Assembly: GCA_028864875.1 (NCBI GenBank)
Contig: JAGWLV010000003.1
Span: 1-39,469 of the forward strand
Direction of reading: 5' to 3'
Source of the DNA: Patescibacteria group bacterium
GTDB lineage: Bacteria; Patescibacteriota; Minisyncoccia; Phycocordibacterales; SBAW01
DNA length: 39,469 nucleotides
The position numbers and the translations under genes were made by a program. Below are positions 22,701 through 30,477 of the stretch, piece after piece (within the stretch, counting starts at the first letter, position 1; every line of letters begins with the position of its first letter). The notes below the pieces were generated by a model. That model was given only the letters and a program-made list of their open reading frames with translations. It made no database searches and was not told the origin of the DNA.

Positions 22701-23131
22701 ACAACGAGCGTGCCTGTGCCTGTACCTGTGCCGGTGCCGGTACCTGTGCCGGTGCCACTCTGGGAGCCAGAGCAGACCGCAGAGATGGCTGCGCGGGTCA
22801 AAGGACCGACGATGCCGATCGGAGACACGTTGTTTGCCTTTTGGAACTTGACTACCGCAGCGAACGTAAGGCCACCGAAGTAGGTGGACTCATTGCCGGG
22901 GGAGCCAACACCCGATGCAGAAACCTGAGTACCGGCGTTGGAGTTAAGGAACACCTGGAGGGCCTTAACGTCCGCGCCGCTCATACCCTTGGAGAGCGAG
23001 CGGGTGAGAGCCGGGCAGGCTGCCGCCGCGTGAGCGGGGGTAACAGCGAAGGCGCCTGCGAAAGCAACCACCGCAACTACACCTATGGCAACTGCAACCA
23101 GCTTTTGCGAACTGATGCTAATTGAATTCAT
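19778..23131 (-). CDS. large secreted S-layer-like surface protein with N-terminal peptidoglycan-binding domain (1117 aa)
   Basis: Signal peptide ending AHA; PG-binding motif LSKGMSGADVKALQVFLN...YFGGLTFAAVVKFQ...GIVGPLTRA; (GT)n linker; several Ser/Thr-rich beta-sandwich repeats. The S-layer role is inference. Confidence 0.8.
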   Translation of the reverse strand: MNSISISSQKLVAVAIGVVAVVAFAGAFAVTPAHAAAACPALTRSLSKGMSGADVKALQVFLNSNAGTQVSASGVGSPGNESTYFGGLTFAAVVKFQKANNVSPIGIVGPLTRAAISAVCSGSQSGTGTGTGTGTGTGTGTLVVAGGAQPANSLAPANATRVPFTTFTVTNNSSAAVTVNSVTVQRTGLGVDANFSGIVLVDSNGLQIGTAKTLNSNHQANLDGFTIAAGASMTFTVVGNMGAETGNSGQVVSLQVVAVNTSAAVSGSLPITGASQTMNTTLTLGSFSTTTSSYDPGAAQTKNIGDTGVRFSGLRFTSASAEDLRLYSLRWRQVGSASASDIANITTVVNGTSYPTTIDSTGRYYTTVFPGGILIGKGNSVDVYVQGDIVGTNSANRTVEMDIDKNTDVYFVGQTYGYGSTDLGCAGLQCTNQPWRAGYVTTINAGTATSISKATSVPAQNIAVNVNNQPLGGFVTNFRGEPVSVTGLKFSVSTSSTQLGRVTSISLVDENGLVVAGPIDNTTTATNDTTGSALTFSDTVTFPVGTHTYTFKGKIGTTAGNGSTVTIYVTPSAWTGVTGQVSGNTVSLSSIGVFSLNQMTVKAASLTVSMAATPVSQNIVAGGQGILFGNVQLDASQSGEDVRLSSIPLRFSNGTGLQTCQVWNGSTALNTGSNVPTSISSSAVNNFTLDNTLTVPKGTVLTLGAKCNTTSSASGTYTVSLNSSDTISATGVTSGSSVTVTNSANAGGTMTVGTGSLTVSVDASSPSYTVATAGTTGTTMSVLKFRAANEAITLNKLGLTLTGGSGTNTGSSTAQDLTQVYLYAGSGLNVAAGTLLGTAVITGTNISATSTLSTPVVLPKDTDATIVVKADLANQGTSQPGTPGNLVKVDPLNAEGSGQSSGLTIGAGLASTGANGVRVFKSYPTVALETGTNQLSANGIGDGRLMRFKVTASAGGPVGLSQFKFTLSTTSATVTAINMYGYTDAAYSQPISGVGTGGLVNSSSVAPTATAFTITPSSLIEVPAGGTYYFQVQGTVSGTAATYNVATTLSGDSAFLAIADQAATSTKLVNNSTATSNANFTWSPNSTTTAVAASNDWTDAFGIPGLPASGIVQNRTQ
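22710..22756 (-). repeat. Gly-Thr coding tandem repeat (linker)
   Basis: GGYACN hexamer repeats encoding GTGTGTGTGTGTGTGT. Confidence 0.8.
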
Positions 23132-23417
23132 AGCTAACTAAAATGCACTTATTTGTAATCACCAGTAATCGAACATCTACCTCCCAGGCCTTTTAAGAAG
23201 AGGCACCGGGGTTGGTAGCAAGAAGGGAGAAGGGTCGAGCGGCCATGCAACAAGAAAGGGACATCCCGAATTTCAGAGAGGAGTTGAACACACGATTAAT
23301 TGACGCCCATAAGCACCAAGGCTTACGGAGTCTTCATGAATGTGATTCGCTATTAAGTTTTCAATGAGCCAAAACGCCCCGTCCGCAGGGTTGTATCCCC
23401 GCAGGCGGCTAGCTACC

Positions 23418-23462
23418 ATTATATGGGTACCCCTCTGGGCCTCCAAATAGTCGTGTGGATAA
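23418..23462 (-). promoter_or_regulatory. promoter of the S-layer-like gene with adjacent consensus DnaA box
   Basis: TTGGAG (23441-23446), 17-bp spacer, TATAAT (23418-23423). TTATCCACA at 23454-23462. Confidence 0.65.
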
Positions 23463-23590
23463 CACAAGTAGGCCCAAAACGGGCTTTTCTTTAGGTATCT
23501 AAACGACCCCTAAAACCTACACAAAATAGCCCAGTGGCGCAAGCCTACTCTAGGAAAGGGTAAAGTCTATAATATTAATTAGAGGGGCCC

Positions 23591-24265
23591 TTATAGGGGG
23601 AGATAGAGGGTCCAGCGGCGCTCCCCCACCTTGCGCACAAGACGGGCCTCTATAAGAGTAGCGATCTCCCGCTGGAGCGTCTTTTCGCTACACCCGCGGA
23701 CCTCCCCCGCTATATCCTTAATGGACACGCTCTTATTCTTTCGGACAATGTCCAATATCTTCTTGGCCCTGTCGCTGAGGGCCTTCAGCCCGCTCGATTT
23801 GCCGGCGGCCTTTCCGACCTCGAGCGCCGGGAGTGTGGCGTGTTGCCCATCCGGCAGAGTCACCGAGAGGTCCGCCGTCGCCGCAAAGGGGCTCGGGTGG
23901 CTCCCTGCAACCAGCCGCTCGGCCACCTGTTCATATTCCCGCTGCAAAATAAGGACATTTTCCCTATCGATGAGCTGCGCGGCCTGGAGTACGCGGAGCT
24001 CCGAGAGGAGCGCGTAGATGTCGGAGAGCACGATGGCGGCATCTATCTCGCCTGCGGCAAGGTGGGCAATCTGGGAGGGCAGTGCCGCTGCGGCGCGCAT
24101 TACCTCGCCCACATCGGGGGTCATAACGGACAGGTGCGCAAGCACTTGTGCAATCTTGTCTGTCTTTAAATAGCACCAATACCAATCAAGACGTCCTTTA
24201 AAAAGTACTGAATGTAAAGAGAATTCGTGAAATTTTGCACCTCGCTCTGACATGTCTTTTATCAT
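23591..24265 (-). CDS. helical-bundle plus C-terminal DeoR-type winged-helix DNA-binding protein
   Basis: C-terminal DRAKKILDIVRKNKSVSIKDIA...SEKTLQREIATLIEARLVRKVGERRWTLY. The N-terminal part is amphipathic helices. Confidence 0.8.
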   Translation of the reverse strand: MIKDMSERGAKFHEFSLHSVLFKGRLDWYWCYLKTDKIAQVLAHLSVMTPDVGEVMRAAAALPSQIAHLAAGEIDAAIVLSDIYALLSELRVLQAAQLIDRENVLILQREYEQVAERLVAGSHPSPFAATADLSVTLPDGQHATLPALEVGKAAGKSSGLKALSDRAKKILDIVRKNKSVSIKDIAGEVRGCSEKTLQREIATLIEARLVRKVGERRWTLYLPL

Positions 24266-24301
24266 TATGTCCTTTAATGTCCTTTAAAATCTATAAGACA
24301 T
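24161..24301. repeat. cluster of (A)TGTCYTTTA direct and inverted repeats
   Basis: TGTCTTTAAA 24161, ACGTCCTTTA 24191, ATGTCTTTTA 24252, ATGTCCTTTA 24267 and 24277, inverted TAAGACAT 24294. Confidence 0.75.
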
Positions 24302-24382
24302 TCTCTCGGACGTCATGGACGCCCGTAAGTATACACGAATCTGTGGAGTCAACCACTAGGAATGCCGTGATAAAATTGCGCA

Positions 24383-26578
24383 ATGGCGCGCAAGAAAGCC
24401 TCTAGTTTCGGCAATCCCCTCTCTGCCATACCCGCGGAGACAAGGCGCACCATACTTTCTATCGCCCTCACTGTGGCGGGGGTCTTTCTCACCCTGGCCG
24501 CCTTTGGGGCGGCGGGTATTGCGGGCTCAGACGCCTACCGGCTCTTTGCCGAGCTCCTCGGTGCCGGGTACTTCCTCGTGCCGGCGCTCTTTTTTGTCCT
24601 TGCAGCGGCCTTTTTTAAAGAGCGCGATGAGGGTGCCGAGAGTCCCGACTACCTCAAGCTCGTCGCGAGCATCTTTTTTATCATCTCGGGGCTCGGGTTT
24701 GTCGACATCGCGAGTGGACACGGCGGCATCGTCGGACATGCAATATCCGCGCCCATGGTCGCCTACTTCGACATCTACGCGGCGATGCTCATCTTGGGGG
24801 CAGTGCTTCTTGTGTCGCTCCTCCTCATTGTCGAAGGGCGCCTCTCCACCGCACCCTTTGTGGGGTTGTGGACCTTTGCGCGCGGGCTCTGGAGCCGCAC
24901 TACTCCCGCGTACGACCCGTTGAGTGCGTATGACGAGGCGCCCGCGGAAAACGAAGAAGAGTCTCAAGGGAAGGATGGCGAAGAAGAGGAATCTGAGTAC
25001 GAAGAAGATGACGAGGAGCCCGTCGCGCCCGCAAAGGCGCGCTCGGCCGCCGCGGCACTCAAGGCGCTCCTCGGACAGTACACTCCCCCGCCGCTCTCCT
25101 TGCTAGAGCGCGATCGCGGGCGCCCCGGCGTGGGCGACATTAAAGGCAACGCCAACATCATCAAGCGCACGCTACAAAACTTCGGCATCCAAATCGAGCT
25201 TGATGAAATTTCTATCGGGCCCTCGGTCACGCGCTACGCGATAAAACCGGCGGAAGGGGTGCGCCTCCAAAAAATCGTCGCACTCCAAAACAACCTCGAG
25301 TTGGCACTTGCCGCCCACCCGGTGCGCATCGAAGCGCCCATTCCGGGCAAGTCGCTCGTCGGCATTGAAGTGCCGAACTCAACCAAGGTGACCGTGGGCC
25401 TCGGCACCATTCTCGAGTCGCCCGACTTTGTGCAAAGCCACAAGCCGCTCGTGGTCGCCTTGGGCCGCGACATCGCGGGCGGGAGCCACTTTGCCAATGT
25501 CGCCCGGATGCCCCATGTGCTCATCGCGGGCGCGACCGGCTCGGGCAAGTCGGTCACCATCCACACGCTCATCACCAGTTTGCTGTACCGCTCTAGCCCC
25601 CAGCAATTGCGATTTATTATGATCGACCCCAAGCGCGTCGAGCTGACTCTCTACCGCAGCCTCCCCCACCTCTTAACGCCTGTTATCACCGACGCCAAGA
25701 AGGCCATTATGGCCTTGCGCTGGGCGGGCAAGGAAATGGAGCGGCGCTACAATATTCTTGAAGAGCACCGCGTGCGCGACGTCGAGTCCTACCACCAAAA
25801 TATTCTTGCCCCCAAGCTCAAAAAGCTCAAAGAGCGCGGGGCCGAGGAGGGCGCCGAAGTCCCTGAAGCGCTGCCCTACATCGTCGTCGTCATCGACGAG
25901 TTGGCCGACATTATGCAGAGCTTCCCGCGGGAACTCGAGGCCGCGGTGGTGCGGCTCGCGCAGATGAGCAGGGCGGTTGGCATCCACCTGGTGCTCTCCA
26001 CCCAGCGGCCGAGCGTCAACGTCATCACCGGACTCATCAAGGCCAACGTCCCCACCCGCATTGCGCTCCAGGTCGCGAGCCAGATAGACTCGCGCACCAT
26101 TTTGGACCAAGGCGGCGCGGAGAAGTTGCTCGGGAGCGGCGACATGCTCTACCTCTCGGGCGACATGAGCAAGCCGGTGCGCCTGCAGAGCGCGTTCATC
26201 AGCGAAAAGGAGGTGAAATCGGTTGTAGATTTTATCGCCAAGAACAACGAGCCTGAACTCCCGATAGAAATTGCGCCGGCGGCTGCGGGCAGCGACGGTG
26301 TCAGAGTCGGTTCAAACTTCGGCGGCGGGGGCGGCTTTGGCGATGAGGACGATGTCGACGACGACGTGTACCAAGCCGCGCGCGCTGCCGTTCTCGAGGC
26401 GGGCAAGGCTTCGACAAGCTACCTGCAGCGCAAACTGCGCATCGGCTACGCGCGCGCGGCGCGCATCATCGATCTCCTTGAAGAGCGCGGGGTCATAGGC
26501 CCCGGCGACGGCGCCAAGCCGCGCGAAATTTTAGATAAATCAGGGCCCCCCGAGCCCGCTGGCGAGGAAGAAGTGTAA
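24383..26578 (+). CDS. ftsK: DNA translocase FtsK/SpoIIIE
   Basis: N-terminal 4TM domain, RIEAPIPGK, PHVLIAGATGSGKS, MIDPKRVEL, DELAD, TQRPS and gamma domain STSYLQRKLRIGYARAAR. Confidence 0.98.
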   Translation: MARKKASSFGNPLSAIPAETRRTILSIALTVAGVFLTLAAFGAAGIAGSDAYRLFAELLGAGYFLVPALFFVLAAAFFKERDEGAESPDYLKLVASIFFIISGLGFVDIASGHGGIVGHAISAPMVAYFDIYAAMLILGAVLLVSLLLIVEGRLSTAPFVGLWTFARGLWSRTTPAYDPLSAYDEAPAENEEESQGKDGEEEESEYEEDDEEPVAPAKARSAAAALKALLGQYTPPPLSLLERDRGRPGVGDIKGNANIIKRTLQNFGIQIELDEISIGPSVTRYAIKPAEGVRLQKIVALQNNLELALAAHPVRIEAPIPGKSLVGIEVPNSTKVTVGLGTILESPDFVQSHKPLVVALGRDIAGGSHFANVARMPHVLIAGATGSGKSVTIHTLITSLLYRSSPQQLRFIMIDPKRVELTLYRSLPHLLTPVITDAKKAIMALRWAGKEMERRYNILEEHRVRDVESYHQNILAPKLKKLKERGAEEGAEVPEALPYIVVVIDELADIMQSFPRELEAAVVRLAQMSRAVGIHLVLSTQRPSVNVITGLIKANVPTRIALQVASQIDSRTILDQGGAEKLLGSGDMLYLSGDMSKPVRLQSAFISEKEVKSVVDFIAKNNEPELPIEIAPAAAGSDGVRVGSNFGGGGGFGDEDDVDDDVYQAARAAVLEAGKASTSYLQRKLRIGYARAARIIDLLEERGVIGPGDGAKPREILDKSGPPEPAGEEEV

Positions 26579-26620
26579 GTGCTAGAGTGTTTGCGGCTGA
26601 CAACAAAATGGGAGGCATCA

Positions 26621-27034
26621 ATGCTCTGCGACCTGGACAAAGTACAAGAACACGAAGCCGAGCAGCAGCGCTTGGTGGAAAGAATTGTCGATTCGCTCCA
26701 GCGGATAACCGAAGAAAATTACCGCATCATCTTCGGGCTGCACGCCAAGCGACTCCTCGAGGCACTCATCAACCAAAAGGCGCTCAACCCACACGTCGAT
26801 CTGCTGCTCTATACCAACGTGTGGAAACCGATTGAATTATTTACCTCCAATAAGACCGAGCGGCGGTATCTCTTACTGAAGGTGTTCGAGGGTGTCTTCG
26901 GTTCAGTGTCTTCCGGCATCGTGAGCGACTACCATAGCGAAGCGATGGGATTATCCCGCTCCGAGCCGCCACACGCTCAACCTGCGTCGGCGACTGCCAG
27001 TAACCCGCCAAACCCCGACCTCGGACTTCGTTGA
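26621..27034 (+). CDS. hypothetical protein (about 137 aa, orphan)
   Basis: SD GGAGG at 26611-26615 before ATG 26621. Extended -10 TGcTAGAGT just after the ftsK stop; terminator follows. Confidence 0.6.
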   Translation: MLCDLDKVQEHEAEQQRLVERIVDSLQRITEENYRIIFGLHAKRLLEALINQKALNPHVDLLLYTNVWKPIELFTSNKTERRYLLLKVFEGVFGSVSSGIVSDYHSEAMGLSRSEPPHAQPASATASNPPNPDLGLR

Positions 27035-27037
27035 CAC

Positions 27038-27066
27038 AAACGCCGCCCATGACGGGGCGGCGTTTT
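27038..27066 (+). terminator. intrinsic terminator
   Basis: AAACGCCGCCC-ATGACG-GGGCGGCGTTTT. Confidence 0.8.
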
Positions 27067-27083
27067 CCTATATACTACTCCGC

Positions 27084-27431
27084 ATGCGCCGCGCGGTTAT
27101 CGTCCTCATTGCACTCCTTGTCGTCGGCTACGGCCTGTTTGAGGCGCGCAAACTTATTGAGGGCCCGGTCATCACCATAGACGCGCCCAAGGACGGCTCG
27201 GCCACTTCCTCGCCGCTTGTCGTGGTCGTCGGGAGCGCCCAAAATATAGCTTTTTTGAGCATCAACGACGCCCCCGCATACACAAATGAAGCGGGTCAAT
27301 TTGTGGAGAAATTTGCCCCGCCCGCGGGGTATACTACAGTGACGGTTGCGGCGGTAGACCGCTTTGGCCGCCGGGCGCTCCGGACCATCACTATTAACGT
27401 TGTTAAGTACTGCTTTGAAACGCATGGCTAA
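27084..27431 (+). CDS. small membrane-anchored Ig-like domain protein
   Basis: N-terminal TM segment, [12 protein letters not shown]...LSIND...[21 protein letters not shown] 7 nt before the ATG; overlaps the recA start. Confidence 0.8.
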   Translation: MRRAVIVLIALLVVGYGLFEARKLIEGPVITIDAPKDGSATSSPLVVVVGSAQNIAFLSINDAPAYTNEAGQFVEKFAPPAGYTTVTVAAVDRFGRRALRTITINVVKYCFETHG

Positions 27432-28503
27432 AGTTGCCGAAAAAAAGTCCGCCAAGGGCGGGTCCGCCTCCGGCGGAAAAGAGTCCGCCGCCATCGACGC
27501 GGCAATACGGGAAATAAAGACCAAGTTCGGCGAGGAAGCAATCATGAAGTTGGGTGAGGCACCCAAGGTCAACATCGACGTCATCCCCTCCGGCTCGGTG
27601 GGGCTCGATTGGGCGCTCGGCATCGGCGGGTACCCGCGCGGGCGCATCATTGAAATTTTTGGTCCTGAATCCTCGGGCAAGACCACACTCACGCTCCACG
27701 CGATTTCCGAAGCGCAGAAAAAGGGCGGCGTGTGTGCCTTCATCGATGCGGAGCACGCGCTCGACCCGGAGTACGCGCGCAAAATCGGCGTCAAGCTCGA
27801 TGAACTTTTGGTCAGCCAGCCCGACACCGGCGAGCAGGCGCTCGAAATCGTCGAGAGTTTGGTGCGCAGCGGCAAAATTGACCTCATTGTCGTCGACTCG
27901 GTGGCGGCGCTCACCCCCAAGGACGAAATCGAGGGCGATATGGGCCAGAGCCACGTCGGCAAGCAGGCACGCCTCATGTCCCAAGCCCTGCGCAAACTCA
28001 CGGCTATTGTCGCCAAGTCGAAGACCATCGTCGTCTTCATCAACCAAATCCGCATGCAAATAGGCGTCATGTTCGGCAACCCGGAGACGACAACCGGCGG
28101 CAAGGCGCTCAAGTTTTACACATCGGTGCGCCTCGACATCCGCCGCATCGCACAAATCAAAAAAGGCGAGGAGGTCGTGGGCGGCCGCCACAGGGTCAAG
28201 GTGGTCAAGAATAAAGTCGCGGCACCCTTCCGCTCGGTGGAGTTTGATCTCATGTACAACGAGGGGGTGAGCCGCGAGGGCGAGCTTATTGCGCTCGGCG
28301 AAAAGCTCGGCATCATAACAAAGAGCGGCACGAGCTACGCGTGGGGGGAGGAAAAGCTCGGCCGCGGCTACGACGCGACGCGCACGTACCTGCGGGAGAA
28401 TAAAAAGGTTGCCAACGAAGTGCTCAAAGAAATCCGCGCCCGGCTCAGCGAAGTTGCGGTTGCGGGCGCCAAGGTCAGCGGAGCGGAGGACGAAGGCGGG
28501 TAA
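27424..28503 (+). CDS. recA: recombinase RecA
   Basis: [46 protein letters not shown] and [16 protein letters not shown]. Start re-called at 27424. Confidence 0.99.
   Translation: MAKVAEKKSAKGGSASGGKESAAIDAAIREIKTKFGEEAIMKLGEAPKVNIDVIPSGSVGLDWALGIGGYPRGRIIEIFGPESSGKTTLTLHAISEAQKKGGVCAFIDAEHALDPEYARKIGVKLDELLVSQPDTGEQALEIVESLVRSGKIDLIVVDSVAALTPKDEIEGDMGQSHVGKQARLMSQALRKLTAIVAKSKTIVVFINQIRMQIGVMFGNPETTTGGKALKFYTSVRLDIRRIAQIKKGEEVVGGRHRVKVVKNKVAAPFRSVEFDLMYNEGVSREGELIALGEKLGIITKSGTSYAWGEEKLGRGYDATRTYLRENKKVANEVLKEIRARLSEVAVAGAKVSGAEDEGG
27448..27477 (+). repeat. 30-bp double-hairpin palindromic element in-frame in recA ([10 protein letters not shown])
   Basis: TCCGCC-AAG-GGCGGG-TCCGCC-TCC-GGCGGA, exactly 10 codons. 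Confidence 0.7.
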
Positions 28504-28504
28504 C

Positions 28505-28687
28505 CTAGTGTTGCGCGGTTGAAGGCGCGGTCCCTGTGGCCATATTGGCGGCCGTGCTCTGATTGTACGTGGGAGACAGGGTGAGAGTGGCGGGCGAACC
28601 TTGCCCCAACCACATCGCCGCGGCCAGCAGCACGACCATCACAAAAAACAGTACGAGCAGGTTGCGGGAGGAGTGCGCCGGGTGCAT
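28505..28687 (-). CDS. small single-TM protein (60 aa)
   Basis: Hydrophobic helix LLVLFFVMVVLLAAAMWL; TATACT 7 nt before the ATG. Confidence 0.6.
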   Translation of the reverse strand: MHPAHSSRNLLVLFFVMVVLLAAAMWLGQGSPATLTLSPTYNQSTAANMATGTAPSTAQH

Positions 28688-28705
28688 GCCCTCCAGTATA
28701 AACGA

Positions 28706-29026
28706 CTAGTGCACGAGCGCGCCCCGCTGCGAGAGGCCGCGCACGGCATCGACCGCAAGCCAACACCCGGTAACCGCGATGGCCGCGAGAGTGAGTTGCA
28801 CCGAGGCGTGCGTATGCACCACCGCGTAGGTGAGAAACTGCCACGTGCCGCGCAGCCCCACCGCCTGCCAGTTGGCGAATACTTTGTGCACCCATGTGAG
28901 CTGCCACAGTGCAATGAGCCCGGCCGCAAGTACATAAAGTTTAAGCGCCGTCAGGCTCGCCGCTTTGCGTGCGGCGTACACGACCCCCACGCCCGCCATC
29001 ACCTGTTTTTCAATGCTTGATGCCAT
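28706..29026 (-). CDS. small two-TM protein, candidate anti-sigma factor
   Basis: Immediately downstream of the ECF sigma gene; two hydrophobic segments. Confidence 0.65.
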   Translation of the reverse strand: MASSIEKQVMAGVGVVYAARKAASLTALKLYVLAAGLIALWQLTWVHKVFANWQAVGLRGTWQFLTYAVVHTHASVQLTLAAIAVTGCWLAVDAVRGLSQRGALVH

Positions 29027-29039
29027 AACACTTTTGCAA

Positions 29040-29618
29040 CTACGGCTTAGCCTGTAAAGTTTCGTACACTTTGCGGAACTCGGCCTTGGCCCGGTGGACG
29101 CGCGTTTTGATGGCCCCGACCGATACGCCCGCCTCCCCCGCTATCTCCTCTTGGGTCTTCCCCTCTATAAAAAAGGCGTTCAATGCTGCAGCCAAGGGGC
29201 CCGGCATGCGCGAGAGTACCGAAGCAATCAAATCCTGCAGCTCGCGGCGCTCAAACTGTTGGAGATTTTTGTCGGGGATGAGCGCCCAAATCTCATCGTC
29301 GAGGCGCGCGGTCGAATCGCCGCGGCGCTTTGCCCGCGCGTAGTGCGTGAGCGCGGTGTTGATGAGGATGCGGTACCCCCAGGAGGAAAAGCTCGCGCCT
29401 TCCTGCTTTTTAAACTTACCCGCGTTGAGGTAGATCTTGGTGAAGGCTTCCTGCACCACGTCCTGTGCCGCGTCCTCGGCGCGCACAATAGAAAGCGCTT
29501 TGCGCATGAACGGGGCCTCGTACTTACGCACAATGAGCGCAAACAGTGACGGGTGCGAGGTGCAGAGCGCAAGGATATCCTCGTCACTGCGCTCTTTGGA
29601 GTCTTCAAGTAAACTCAT
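29040..29618 (-). CDS. ECF RNA polymerase sigma factor
   Basis: Region 2 AQDVVQEAFTKIY...FSSWGYRILINTA; region 4 EGKTQEEIAGEAGVSVGAIKTRVHRAK. Start re-called at 29618. Confidence 0.93.
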   Translation of the reverse strand: MSLLEDSKERSDEDILALCTSHPSLFALIVRKYEAPFMRKALSIVRAEDAAQDVVQEAFTKIYLNAGKFKKQEGASFSSWGYRILINTALTHYARAKRRGDSTARLDDEIWALIPDKNLQQFERRELQDLIASVLSRMPGPLAAALNAFFIEGKTQEEIAGEAGVSVGAIKTRVHRAKAEFRKVYETLQAKP

Positions 29619-29681
29619 CCCCACAGCATATACACTCACACCCTTTGTAACAAGGGCCGCTCCGGCGAAGTTTCAAGAGAC

Positions 29682-30404
29682 TTAGTGGGTGGCCGGAGTC
29701 GAAGTGGCGGTCAAGCGTTTTATCTCATCCCCAATGCGCTGCAAGAGGGGCTTGAGCGCATCTGCAAAGTTCTGAGATGCACCTTCAAGGGCGGCTACTT
29801 TATTTTGAATGTCGCTGAGTTGCGCGCTTGTGGGCGTATCGCCGTAGAGGAGATCCTGGATAGCAGCCGCGTAGGTCGTGAGCGCCCCTCCGAGCGCCTG
29901 CCCCGCCGTGACGGTCGAGTTGGTTGTGGACTTGATTAAGGCATCGCTCGTTTTGACGTTGGCTTCCCCGAGCGCACTTATGTGGAGATTAAACTGCGCC
30001 GCAAGTGTGGAGTTGCGATTGGCCAATTGCCGCGCTTCGGTTATGAGGTCATAAAAGTCGGTGTAGCGGCACGAAAGTGTGAGTTGGTTGAGTTGATCGA
30101 GCACAGGGCCAAGTTGCGTGTTGACGTCGTTGAGCTGATAAGTGTCCCGCAAGACGTTATTAAACGCAAGGTAGTAATCCTCCGTCGCATCCTCTTTGGG
30201 GATGGGGAAGTATGCCTGCTGGCTCGATGTTGCTTGCGGAATAGACGCGGGCGCTTGCGGCGCTTGGTAGTGTGCAACCAAGAAATCCCGCAGCATGCGC
30301 TGCCCTTGCGGTGTCGTGCCCGCCCAATACAACACCCCGGCATCCAGAGCGGTGCTCAATACAAACACGAGAAGCGTGATACCTATGGTGCGTAAGATTC
30401 TCAT
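29682..30404 (-). CDS. membrane-anchored helical hypothetical protein
   Basis: N-terminal TM segment and long amphipathic helices; fills the gap between recognised genes. Confidence 0.7.
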   Translation of the reverse strand: MRILRTIGITLLVFVLSTALDAGVLYWAGTTPQGQRMLRDFLVAHYQAPQAPASIPQATSSQQAYFPIPKEDATEDYYLAFNNVLRDTYQLNDVNTQLGPVLDQLNQLTLSCRYTDFYDLITEARQLANRNSTLAAQFNLHISALGEANVKTSDALIKSTTNSTVTAGQALGGALTTYAAAIQDLLYGDTPTSAQLSDIQNKVAALEGASQNFADALKPLLQRIGDEIKRLTATSTPATH

Positions 30405-30477
30405 GTGTGTACAGCGCGGCTAGGCGAACTCATGTTGAGTATATACTTAAAAAAGACGGTGCTACACCGTTATCTAC

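Noticed and set aside
22710-22756. Phase-variable repeat
   Set aside because: In-frame hexamer with varied third positions, consistent with a stable Gly-Thr linker.
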